Origin: Utricularia gibba
Lineage: Eukaryota > Plantae > Magnoliophyta
Direction of reading: 5' to 3'
Assembly (NCBI GenBank): GCA_002189035.1
Contig: NEEC01000009.1
Location: 3,162,001-3,226,000 of the forward strand
Length of the DNA stretch: 64,000 nucleotides
Shown: piece after piece, positions 12,245 through 24,316 of the stretch
Numbering within the stretch: position 1 is the stretch's first letter
How the letters are laid out: each line of letters opens with the position of its first letter
Notes under the pieces: generated by a model
Told to the model about the DNA's origin: nothing
Databases searched by the model: none
Seen by the model: only the letters and a program-made list of their open reading frames with translations
Position numbers and translations under genes: made by a program

Positions 12245-14148
12245 TCAAGAAAAAGACCGGACAACAGATGAAGTGGTCACCAACCCGGAGAGAAGCCCGA
12301 TAGCGAAAGCACTGTTATACGCCGTGGGTTCGTTTTGCATCGAGTTGTTTCTGGTGTCGATGAACGACCCATTAAAAAATGGACCTCCAGCGACGGCTCC
12401 GGTGGCGATGTTCGGATTTGCTTCTGCCGATGTCAGCCACATGAATCCATCTTTGCACCCTGTGGTGGCGTTCACAGGTATTGACGCTCCCCTGTGATGA
12501 ATGCTTTGTGGGTAATTCTCTCCATACCCAACCAGGTAGCTCATCTTCATGGAATTTTTCCCCAGTAGGTAATCGGCCTGAGCAACCAAGTGTAAGTGCA
12601 AATGGCAAGAACGGGACGACGTTTCTGCACTTGCTAACCTGAGAAATGGCAAAACGCCGAAGATCTTTGGGGGAGAAGTATTTGTAGTAACAGGAGATTT
12701 TCGTCGTTTGAGAAGTAAGCATGTAATCGCTGTAGATGACTGCTAACAAAGCCGATGCCATTGAATACTGTAGCGCGTTCCATTCGCTAACCCAAATCAG
12801 CCCATCTGCGAATCATAATCTGAATCAGTATCGTCCACAGGCTGCCATGTTTCAGAATCAACCATCTTACCCTTCGTTCGGCTGGGGGAAGCTGTTGGGG
12901 ATTCCGGTATAAGACCGCACATCACTGCCTCCGCCGTTTCTCTGTAATATTGGAGGACACTGTTGGTCATTGATGTATCGTTTGAGTCAAAGAAGGTGAA
13001 TCTGGACAGAAGAACCTGCAAAGTACAAGAATCAATGATATGCTTGCTCTGATCGGACGGAAACATTTTTTTATTTACCTGAACACCCGCTAGTTTATTG
13101 TCCCAGCTGAACCACGTTGGGCGCCCCCAGTTCGCGAACACCTCGGCGTTCTTCCCCGTCACGTACTGGAGATAAAGTTCATCTTTTGTTGCGTGAAGGA
13201 GCCAAGAAGCTGCCCACAGAAGCTCATCACCGTAGCCAGTAGAGTTATAATAAGTCTGAACATCAGGAACGCTGCTGCTGTAGCATCCCCTATAACCATC
13301 CGCGAAGGAAAACAACTGCCTGGCGTGCTTCAGAAGTGAAGCGGAGTAAAAAGCATCGGTGGTTCGAAAAACCAAAGAGGCTGATGCCAGAGCGGCCGCA
13401 GTTTCAGCAGCTACATCTGACCCTGGAGCAGAGGTGTTCACTTGTATCAGAGGCCTTGCTTCTGTCATTTTCTCCGATCTTTCCCAACACTCGTGGTCGA
13501 CTTTCGGATCTCCCACCTGCCCAGCCATAAGTAGGAAGCTTTCATTGGATTCTTGAAAGCATCAAAAGCAGGCTGTTGCTATTCTACCTGAATATACAAA
13601 ACATTATCAGAAGGATGAGCGTTCACAAGGAAGTCAGTGATCCACCGCAGTGAGTTTTGGGCAGGGTCTAATTGATCTACAGCCTTCATTTGATCCCCGT
13701 ACTCGAGAATCGACCACGACAACACTGTGGCCGTGAAAGCCAATGGAAACCCAAACTTCATATGATCCCCTGCATCATACATCCCTTGGAAAGATCCAGT
13801 TTTGCTGCACTCCCATCGTCCAAAGCAGAATCACCTCGCCAAGGTATCTGATTGTTTTCCAACTTACCAGCTGCAAATACAAGAGTTACAAGTGCGTACA
13901 GTTAACATAGATAGGACCCAGGACGGCTTACATTTCTGAATGTCGAGGAACTGCATCGCGACGTTGAGCGCATCGGCATACTTTTTTGTAATGTCGCCGG
14001 GAGGCCCCGGAACGTGAGCAGCTGGTGGATTTGAGTGGTGTATCTTTTGCTTCACGAAGGAGAAAATTGCGAGTCCGGTCCCAACCAAAAGAGCTAACGC
14101 CAAAAACCAATCAGTCCACTCTCTTTGCTTCTTCTGCTTCCCCTCCAT
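12245..14148 (-). CDS. GH9 endo-1,4-beta-glucanase, tandem copy A (GH9B5/B7 clade), 6 exons; apparent -1 frameshift at 13783-13785
   Basis: N-terminal TM anchor, QKSGKL, DLSKGMYDAGD, AAETAAALA, GDELLWAASWL, FSWDNKLAG, HHRGASIP and NEPTAYNS motifs. Exon 2 has AAGGGATG where copy C has AAGGGGATG. Confidence 0.93.
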
Positions 14149-14792
14149 TCTTCACGAAGGCCAAGCTCACTGAAACACCTGAGAAAGAAGTGGATGCCAT
14201 AAGAATTGGAAATCTTTCATAGAAGACTAGACTTCCATCAACTAAAAGGCTTACTCCTTGTTAAGGCAATTCTATCTGTTTATCAAATACAGCCTGGGAT
14301 CATCCACAATTTTACTTAGCCCTTGGAGAACACTCCACGACAAGAATCAGCATTTCATTTTCAAATGCGATGAGGGATTAACTAGCAACGTTTTATATTT
14401 CATAGGTCAACTCCGTTAAGGTAATATTCAACAAACCACATCGCTTTCATCTACAAAAAGTCTTTCGCCCAGCATTCGCAATCCTACAGATTTTGTGTGA
14501 TCCAGATTCTCAGACTACGCAACTTGTGCATTCCTGCTAGCGTTTTCCTCTTTTAGTCATTGGCAAATTCTTGCTACCATTCATGCTGACTCTCAAGCCT
14601 TGATCAATCATGTTCATAGGTAATAGCTCCAGAGCAAGGTCAGAAGTACAGAAACTTCAAGAGTCCCTTCACAGCTAGCCCACTTGCAACAGAATGAAGG
14701 TTTTAGGTTTTAGGAAATAAATACAGAGCATCACACAGAAATAACAACTTGCAGACTTGCAACCCATTTAACACAAGACATAAACTTACAAT

Positions 14793-15348
14793 TGTTGAGG
14801 ATCTATGGGTCAGTCGAGTGCACACGTGAAGCCCAATTACACAATAAATGTGAATCACAATAGAAAATATTAGGTCCAACCAATTATTAATGATTTACAA
14901 TTTCTTATATAATTGATTATTCCACTTTCATTTTCCGATATGAGATTATGTATTCTAATACCCGCCCTCAAGTTGAACTGGTGAACTGGTCTGTGATCCG
15001 GTGATGACTTGCTTTTTTTTTTTGTGATTGTAAGTAGTGGTTGTTTCATAGATCGATCTAATTTTTTGTCGCTAAGTCCAATCCATCTCCTTTTTTTTTA
15101 ACCGGACCTGAGACCCATACGAAACCCATTTTGGCCATCCAAGCCGTTCCGCAAGGCAAACGCTCTGATACCATGTTGAAATTCAGGATCCAATGGGTCA
15201 GGCGAACGCACACGTGAAGTCCAAGTACACAAGAAACGTGAATCACAATAGAAAATATTATATCCAATCAATTATTAATGATCTATAATTTCTTATATAC
15301 TTGATTATTATACTTTCATTTTTCGATATGGGATTGTGTATTCTAACA
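14793..15348 (-). mobile_element. TRIM (terminal-repeat retrotransposon in miniature), non-autonomous, 556 bp
   Basis: Direct LTRs 14793-14960 and 15174-15348 with TG..CA-type ends (one decayed to TA). On the minus strand: PBS TGGTATCAGAGC (tRNA-iMet complement) at 15173-15162 and purine tract TTGAGGGCGGG at 14971-14961. 5-bp TSD ACAAT at 14788-14792 and 15349-15353. No coding capacity in the about 210 bp interior. Confidence 0.93.
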
Positions 15349-15467
15349 ACAATGACGACCAACAATGAAGATGTCTCTTATCTGAACAACAATGTTGGGA
15401 GTCTCTTCTTGAGAAAAGTTTTCTTACTCTCTTTCTTTGAGAAAAGTATACATACGTAATGGAAAAA

Positions 15468-16101
15468 TATATTTATTTCTTTTGTAAATAAATACAAATA
15501 TAAATAATATAATATTTTATATTTATATTCATTATTAGATAGCATCAATAAAACAGATAGTATAAAAATATTTTATTAATTAATAAAAATCATAAGCACG
15601 TATTCTTAAAAACTATCTACATACAAGAATCATTTTTAAAAGAACGAATTATTTTCAAAACATGTCAGTGTATTTTAAAAAATATATTTTTAAAATTTTA
15701 ACAATAATTTTTTTAAATAAATCTCCCTCTATATATAGTATATACTACATATTTATATTTATTTATAAATTTTTACCATAAATAATTTTAAAATTAACTA
15801 CGTTAGATCACACCCAACGATACCTTGTAACACTCCGTAAATATATCTTAGCTAGCATAATATCTTATAGCATCAAAATCATAGTTAACAAATACGTGAC
15901 AACTTTTTCGTACATACTATTATAAATCTCATAAATATCCGGGGTCATAAAAAATTAAAAATACGAATATTTAATATTAAAATATATAAGTAATACAGCG
16001 TGTTTTTTACCCATTGTTTATAAATATTATTCAATAATGAATATAAATATAAAATATTATGTTATTTATATTTGTATTTATTTTAAAGAGAAGTAAATAT
16101 A
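15468..16101. repeat. AT-rich foldback/MITE-like remnant with about 69-bp inverted arms
   Basis: 15468-15536 is the reverse complement of 16033-16101 with about 5 mismatches by eye. No TSD identified. Confidence 0.7.
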
Positions 16102-16297
16102 ATTATATATATTTATTAATATAAGATAGTTATTATTCAAAAAAATATTAAAAGTGGTGATTTTTTAAATTTTAATATGGCTATTATACGTCATTATCAC
16201 CGTCACACGATATGCCCGTATGGGGAACTGCCAACTCCATTAATACAAGTTTTTATTTTCCCATACAGTGAAGTCAGTTTTATTTCTTTTACAACAG

Positions 16298-18210
16298 TCA
16301 AGAAAAAGACTGGACGACAGATGAAGTGGTGACCAAGCCGGAGAGAAGCCCAATGGCGAAAGCACTGTTATATGTCGTTGGTTCATTTTGCATGTAGTTG
16401 ATTCTGGAGTCCACAAAAGACCCGTTCAGAAATGGACCCCCAACGACGGCTCCGGTGGCCACATTCGGATTCGGATTCGGCGACCTCAGCCACATATCCT
16501 CCCCGTCTTTGCACCCTGTGGTGGCGTTCACAGGTACCGACGCTCCCCTGTGATGAACGTTTTGTGGGTATTTCTCTCCATACCCAACCAGGTAGCTCAT
16601 CTTCATGGAGTTTTTCCCCAGTAGGTAATCGGCCTGAGCAATCAAGGTGTGAGTGCAAACTGCAAGAACGGGACGACGTTTCTGCACTGTCTAACCTGAG
16701 AAATGGCGAAACGTCGAAGATCTTTGGGGGAGAAGTATTTGTAGTAACAGGAGATCTTTGTCGTTTGAGAGGTAAGCATGTAATCACTGTAGATGACTGC
16801 CAACAGAGCCGATGCCATTGAATACTGCAGTGCGTTCCATTGGCTAACCCAAATCAACCCATCTGCAAATCATCACCTGAATCAGTATCCTCCATTCAGA
16901 ATGGGCATTTCGGAGTCAACCATCTTACCCTTCGTTCGGCTGGGGGAAGCTATTGGGGATTCCGGTATAAGACCGCACATCACTGCCTCCGCCGTTTCTC
17001 TGTAATACTGGAGGACACTGTTGGTCACTAAGGTGTCGTTTGAGTCAAAGAAGGTGAGTCTGGACAGAAGAACCTGCAAAGTACAAGAATCAGCCATATG
17101 CTTGCTCAGATCGGACGGAAACATTTTTTCTTTACCTGAACACCCGCTAGTTTATTGTCCCAGCTGAACCACGTTGGATGCCCCCAGTTCGCGAATTCCT
17201 CGGCGTTCCTCCCCGTCACGTATTGGAGATAAAATTCATCTTTTGTTGCATGAAAGAGCCAGGAAGCTGCCCACAGAAGCTCATCACCGTAGCCAGTAGA
17301 GTTGTAGTAATTCTGGACGTCAGGAATGCTGCTGCTGTAGCATGCCCTATAACCATCCGCGAAGGAAAACAACTGCCTGGCGTGCTTCAGAAGTGAAGCG
17401 GAGTAAACATCATCAGTGGATCGAAAAACCAAAGAGGCTGATGCCAGAGCGGCGGCAGTCTCAGCAGCTACATCTGACCCTGGAGCAGAGGTATTCACTT
17501 GCGCGAGAGGCCTTGCTCCTGTCATTTTCTCGGGTCTGACCCAACAACTGTGATCAGTTTTCGGATCTCCCACCTGCTCAGCGATAAGAACGAAGAAGCT
17601 CTGTGATTGCATTCTTGAAAGCATCAAAAGCAGGCTATTGCGATACTACCTGAACATACAACAGATTATCAGAAGGATGAGTGTTCACAAGGTAGTCAGT
17701 GATCCAACGCAGTGACTTCTGGGCAGCCTCTAATTGATCTACAACCTTCATTTGATCCCCATACTCGAGAATCCCCCACGACAACACTGTCGCCGTGAAG
17801 GCCATTGGAAACCCAAACTTTACATGATCCCCTGCGTCGTACATTCCCTTGGAAAGATCCAAGTTTGCTTGACTCCCATCGTTCAAAGCAGAATCGCCTC
17901 GCCAAGGTATTGGATTTTTTTCCAACTTCCCAGCTGCAATACAAGAGTTACAAGTGCGTACAATTAACACAGAGACGAACCAGGACGGCTTACATTTCTG
18001 ACTGTCGAGGAACTGTATCGCGACGTTGAGCGCATCGGCATACTTTTTTGTAATGGCACCGGGAGGTCCGGGAACGTGAGCAGCTGCTGGATGTGAGTTG
18101 TGTACCTTTTGCTTCACGAAGGAGAAAATTGCGAATCCAGTCCCAGCCAAAAGAACTAATGCCAAAAACCAATCAGTCCACTTTCCTTGCGCCTTCTCCT
18201 TCCCCTCCAT
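16298..18210 (-). CDS. GH9 endo-1,4-beta-glucanase, tandem copy B, 6 exons, frame intact
   Basis: Same exon structure and catalytic motifs (DAGD, NEPTTYNS). All GT-AG junctions give a continuous frame; intron 1 is 60 nt (17993-17934). Confidence 0.95.
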
Positions 18211-18987
18211 TCTTCACGAAAGCCCAGCTCACTGAAACAGCTGAGAAAGAAGTGGATGCCATAAGAATTTAAAAAACAAGATCTTTTGCAGAAGATCAAA
18301 CTTCCATCAACTCAAAGGCTTACTCCTTGTTAAGCCGATGCTACCTGTTTCTCAAATGCAACGTGGGATCGTCCACAAATTTACTTATCTGTCACAAGTC
18401 AAGTTCTTAAAGTAGAGCTCTTAGAGGAAACTCCACGGCAAGAATTAGCAATTCATTTCCAAATGCAATGAGGAATCTCTAGCAACTTTTCTATTTCATA
18501 GGTCAACTCCCTTAGGGTAATATTTAACAAACCACATCGCTTTCAACTACAAAAAGTCTTTGCCAAGATTCTCCTAATTACCCATCCTACAGGTTTTGTG
18601 TGATCCAGATTCTTGGAACAATACGCAACTAGTGCATTCTTGCTACCGTACCGTCCATGGTGTCTGGAAAGGATTGATCAATCATGTTCGTAGGAAATAG
18701 CTCTAGAGCAACGAGGTCAGAAATACAGAATCTTGGAGAATCGCTTTCACAGCTAGCCCACTTGCAACACAATGACGGTTTAGGTTCTGGGAAGTAAATA
18801 CAGAGCAGTAAAGAAGGAATAACTTGGAGAGTTACAAGACATTTAACACAAGACATGAACTTAAAAGGACGACCAACAATGAGGTTGTCTCCTATCTGAA
18901 CAACAATGTGGGGAGATTCTACTTCACAAAAAAGAAAAGCACAATAGATAGAGAAGATAGTTTTCTTACTCTCTTTCTTTGAGAAGG

Positions 18988-21015
18988 TTAAGAAAAAGAG
19001 TGGACCACAGAGGAAGTGGTAACTAAACTGGAAAGAAGGCCAACAGTGAGAGCACTGTTGTATGTCGTTGGTTCGTTTTGCATTGAGTTGTTTCTGGTGT
19101 CGATGAACGACCCATTGAAAAATGGACCTCCAACGACGGCTCCTGTGGCGATGTTCGGATTTTCTTCCGTCGATGTCAGCCACATGAATCCATCTTTGCA
19201 CCCTGTGGTGGCGCTCGCAGGTATTGAAGCTCCCCTGTGATGAATACTTCGTGGGTAGTTATCTCCATATCCAACCAGATAGCTCATTTTCATAGGATTT
19301 TTCCCCAGTAAGTAATCAGCCTGACCAAACAAAGTATAAGTGCCACTTGGAAGTTAACATTCATGACAGTATGGAAGCAAGTATTTCGAGTTTGTCTGAC
19401 CTGAGAGATGGCGAATTTTCGGAGATCTTTTGGGGTGAACTTTCTACCATCACAGGATATCCTTGCCGTTTGAGAAGTAAGCATGTAATCACTGTAGATG
19501 GCAGCTAACAAAGCTGATGCTATTGGATGTTGTAGAGAGTTCCATTGGCTTACCCAAGTTAATCCATCTGCAAGTGACTCTAATTATCATCTACAAACTT
19601 TCATATGTTTCCAAATGACCATTTTGGAATCAATCATCTTACCCTTTGTTCGGCTTCTGGTAGCTGTTGGGGATTCAGGTAAAAGACCACACATCACTGC
19701 CTCTGCTGATCCTCTATACTTTTGAAGGATAGTGTTTGTGCTTGAAATGTCTTTTGAGCCGAAGAAACTAACTCTGGACAGAAGAACCTGTGTAGTGGTA
19801 TAGGATACACATGATACACAATGCAGTAGTAGTCATATACTAGTTCTGTCTTGATAGAAAGATTTTTTTTTTTTTTTACCTGAACTCCGGCTAGTTTATT
19901 ATCCCAGCTAAACCAAGTAGGACTTCCCCAGTTAGCAAATTCTTCACCGTTCTTCCCCATCACGTACTGAAAATATGATTCATCTTTTGTTGCATGAAAG
20001 AGCCAAGAAGCTGCCCACAGAAGCTCATCACCATAGCCAGTAGAGTTGTAATAAGTTTGGACATCAGGAATGCTGTTGCTGTAGTATCCCCTATACCTTT
20101 CCGCGAACGAAAATAACTGTCTAGCATGCCTCAAAAGCAATGCTGAGTAATCAGAATCGGTCGAACGAAAGACTAAAGAAGCTGATGCTAGAGCAGCAGC
20201 TGTTTCAGCAGCTACATCTGAGCCTGGGGCAGAGGTATTCACTTGTATGAGAGGCCTTGCCTCTGTCATTTTTTCAGGTCTTTCCCAGCAACTGTGATCA
20301 GTTTTCGGATCTCCCACCTGGTGAGCAATACCCACAAACCTCCATCATTTGCAAAACAGAGAAACTGGTTTAAAACATCAAAGGAGGTTGTTGCTATTCT
20401 ACCTGAATATACAAAACATTATCAGAAGGATGAGCGTTCACAAGGAAGTCAGTGATCCACCGCAGTGAGTTTTGGGCAGGGTCTAATTGATCTACAGCCT
20501 TCATTTGATCCCCGTACTCGAGAATCGACCACGACAACACTGTGGCCGTGAAAGCCAATGGAAACCCAAACTTCATATGATCCCCTGCATCATACATCCC
20601 CTTGGAAAGATCCAGTTTTGCTGGACTCCCGTCGTCCAAAGCAGAATCCCCTCGCCAAGGTATCTGATTGTTTTCCAACTTCCCAGCTGCAATACAAGAG
20701 TGGAACAACAGATAAGGAATCACCATTCCCCAGCGCACAACCCGAATACTGACGGCATTGCCCAACCCGACAAATACTTCCTGAGAACCAAACATGACTT
20801 ACATTTTTGGATCTCGAGAAACTGCATGGCGGTCTTCAGCGCATCCGAGTACTTCTGGGTAATTGCGCCGGGGGTCCGGGGACAGGTGCAGGTTTTGGCT
20901 CGGAGTTGTGCATCTTCTGCTTCATAACGAAGAAGATTGCTAGTCCGATTACAGCCAAAACAACTAACACCAAAAACCAGCCACACCATCCCCCTCCCTT
21001 ATTCTTCTCCTCCAT
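18988..21015 (-). CDS. GH9 endo-1,4-beta-glucanase, tandem copy C (most ancestral-looking), 6 exons; apparent -1 frameshift at 20870-20874
   Basis: ATG 21015 MEEKNKGGGWCGWFLVLVVLAVIGLAIFFVMKQK..PVPGP. Frame shifts in a C5 run (copy B reads CCCGGACCTCCCGGT), then GAITQKYSDALKTAMQFLEIQK. The remaining exons are intact, including WNSLQHPIASA. Confidence 0.93.
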
Positions 21016-22689
21016 TCTTCAAGAAATCCCACCCTACCGCAACAACAGAAAACAAAATTCGATTCCTTACGAAGTAGCAAACAAGATCTTATCGTTCCTA
21101 ATTCATTTTCTTGAAAATTGGGGCACTCAGACAAAACTTAGCAACCCACATTGCTCGATCCGTTTGCAATTACAGAAAAACAAAACTTCGGGAAGGCAGA
21201 AAAAAATAGAATCTTGAAAGGTCTAACCGGAAATCTGAAGTTTGAGTGCAGCTAATAACCATGAGGCACCGACAAAACGGCCCGTAGCTTAAATGGGACT
21301 TTACTGGCAGTAACCCGGATAGCGCCGACACAATTTCACTGCGTCAAACTTTTATCCATTCGAACCCAAATTTGATGTGTGCATAGAACCAAGATCGGAA
21401 CTTCAGATTTCAACCATTTTCTAAGTTTCCCCTCATGTTTGGTGCACCATCACTGGAACTTCCGGTGACTGATTGATTAGGTGCTAAATCATTGCTTGGA
21501 AAATAAACAGAGCAGCCAAGAAGACAATGAGCTGGGGACAGGGGAGGTCAGACCCAAATCCTTCTCAATTGGAAATTGGGCTTTCTTGTTTAGGGCCTGG
21601 CCGCTTTATGGGCTTTAAAGGCCTGTTACTTTCACGAAGTGGGTCCCACAGCGGGGATTAATTTTCACGACACTGATGTCAAAACCCCCGCCCCTTTCAC
21701 AATTATGGAAATGCAGCTACCGAATTTACCCTCATCGTAATATAAAATTTTACCTTCTTTTCTAAAAAAAAAGCACATGTTGTATGACCGTGACGCATTA
21801 TTCGAATTTACTGTTTTACTTATAAAAGTCTTGTTTTTACAGTATTAAAAAAATATATAACTTTTACCAAATTAAAAACGAGGTCGTTTGGACGGGCTCA
21901 CGGTAAACGCAGTGGTCCTTGCCGCACAAAATTACATCTTTCGAGTTCAAATCAAACGGCTTCTCGAAAAAATTTCCTCTCTCCCTGTCGCCTTGACTCC
22001 TCTCCTCGCAACGGTTATTCCTCGGCGCCGCTTCTTTCGGAACCCCATCGTTCTACAACAGACGCACTCATTCGCAGCGGCGCTTCACCAACGCTCAATT
22101 CACTTTTATCTGCTTTTCCAAGAATCATACCGTTATCTTATCCTTCACATTACAGCCACTTTTCACTTTTGCCACATTGCTCTGGAATCCGAGGTGATTA
22201 CTGTAACAACAAGAAAACATCACTCTTTTCTGTAATTTTATTGTGCTTTTTTTGAAGCCTAGATGTAATGTTGTTGAGTCTAACAAATTCCGAGGATCTT
22301 CGCATTTGTGGTTCTTTTTAGTTCACCTTGGATCTGGCTTGTTTTAGTAGATGGATTGGAGTTTGCTTTTGCTGGAAATTATCATCTTTCTTTGAATACA
22401 TGAGGTCAGAACAAGATCGCTTGCATTTGCAGATGGGAGGCTTGTAATCGTCATTCTGTTATGATGTCCATACATTTTGTCTTCATTGTGTGATATCATG
22501 TTACAGACTGTCACCATTCTGTTTCTGATGGTTTCTGTTTAGTATTAGACATAATGCCTGCTGAAGTATGATTTTTTTTTTTTTTTGATGAGCAGTGGAG
22601 TTTTTCATCTTTGTCCACTCGGTGGCTTGACTGTAAGAAACTATTGGTTTTCATTAGATATTTTAATTTGTTCTGTGGCAGGTTCCAAA

Positions 22690-24037
22690 ATGATTGGGTC
22701 CTTCATAACGCGAGCACTCTTGTATGCCTCACTCTCTCTTGTCGATGTGCTACTTGAGGTTCTGTTTACATTGTTTGATAAGTTCCTGTTTCTATTTTTG
22801 TGAATTTTGTGATGCAGATTGGTTTTTGGTTATGCATTCCCTGCTTACGAATGCTATAAATCTGTTGAACTGAATAAGCCTGATATTCAGCAACTTCGAT
22901 TTTGGTGCCAGTACTGGTATGCTTCATATGCAATCTTTCTGTGTGTCTGAGGCTTTACTTCCATGTGTTAACAGCATCAGTCATTCTTGAATCTCAGGAT
23001 TCTTATGGCCGGAATGTCAATCTGTGAAAGGATAAGTGATGTTTTCATTGGCTGGTGAGGATTAGTGTACTTCTTATTACTGTTTCGTTCCCTTTGGAAC
23101 ACGTTTTCGGAGCTTACGTGGATTTTTCTTTTCTGCATGAAGGATCCCAATGTATGGCGAAGCCAAGTTAGTTTTTGTCATATATTTGTGGTTCCCTCAA
23201 ACAAAGGTACCATATCGGCCAATATCGTTTTGTTCTAGTTGTGCTAGGTTTTGTTCAGTGTATGACCTGTCTGATAATTTAATTCCAGGGAACGACGTAT
23301 GTTTATGACTCCTTCTTTAGGCCATATTTAGCGAAACACGAAATGGAAATTGATCACAGCTTGTTAGAACTTAGGACAAGAGCTGGAGATATGGCCGTTT
23401 TATACTCACAAAAGGCAGCAAACTACCTCCAAACTAGATTTTTTGACATTTTTCTGTACATTGCATCACAATCATCGCCTAAAAGATCTGATCAGGTACA
23501 TTCCTTTTCGAGGTCTTGTCTTAACATCTTCTGTTTAGTTAATTCACATTATACACAGGTTTCAAGTGAAGTTGATGATAGTATTTTTATAGTGCATATG
23601 TGTTTTGTTTTGTAACGATGCAGTCAAACAAGCAGGCTACTGATAACGAGAAACACCCTACTGCACTAACTGTGAAATCAGCTACTGGAGGAGATGAACC
23701 GGAGGAACCACCTTCCTCTCCCTCCGCCAGCATATCTTCAGAGAACCAAGCGGAAGTAAAAGAAAAAACTGAATCTTCGGAAACCCAAAAGGCATCTCAA
23801 GCCCTGGCTTCTGTTCCTTCTTCTCCGCCCCCAAGTGATGCAAATCCTGCACAACAAGCTCCCGCACAGAGCATCAAAGCATTGGATTCTGAAGAAGAGC
23901 AAGTGAAGAAGATCGACTGCGGTTCGGCACCATCTAAAGGAAGCACCGAGATGACTCTGCTCGATGCTATATTAGCAGAATCGGGGAGGGTGACCAGGGC
24001 AAAAACAAGGAAACTTCGTGGTTCGTCTAGCAAGTAA
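22690..24037 (+). CDS. HVA22-like protein (HVA22g/h/i/j, REEP/DP1 family)
   Basis: Spliced MIGSFITRALL / LVFGYAFPAYECYKSVELNKPDIQQLRFWCQYW / ILMAGMSICERISDVFIGW / IPMYGEAKLVFVIYLWFPQTK / GTTYVYDSFFRPYLAKHEMEIDHSLLELRTRAGD.. / low-complexity tail ending RVTRAKTRKLRGSSSK*. A 5'UTR intron ends at 22681. Confidence 0.93.
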
Positions 24038-24286
24038 GGTGCGTGCTTGTCTCCTTCCCTGCAGTCTAGTAACCCCTTAAAAGACCCTGTAACGTGTTAG
24101 GATCGTACATATGCTTCATTCCCGCCACCTGAATGATATATAACTGGATGATTGAAAATGATGATCGAATTTCAAACCCGGCAGCTACTGAAATCCACCG
24201 GTTGGACCGGTTTGTATGTATGTATGTATTGTGCATTAATAATGTTGGTCATGTGCGGTAGGCATGTTGATTATTCACTCTAACAT

Positions 24287-24316
24287 GGGCAGGGCAGGGC
24301 AGGACAGGACAGGACA
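24287..24316 (+). repeat. Pentanucleotide microsatellite (GGGCA)3(GGACA)3
   Basis: Read directly from the sequence. Confidence 0.85.

Noticed and set aside
14793-15348. Cassandra-type TRIM carrying 5S rRNA sequence
   Set aside because: No 5S A/C-box similarity is visible in the AT-rich LTRs.
10434-21015. GLOX plus GH9 array as a novel biosynthetic or cell-wall gene cluster
   Set aside because: The adjacency appears to be ancestral eudicot synteny as far as I recall, and nothing in the sequence shows co-regulation.
22455-22530. C/D-box snoRNA candidate in the HVA22 leader intron
   Set aside because: The C box is imperfect (ATGATGT), there is no terminal stem, and I could not identify a convincing rRNA-complementary guide.
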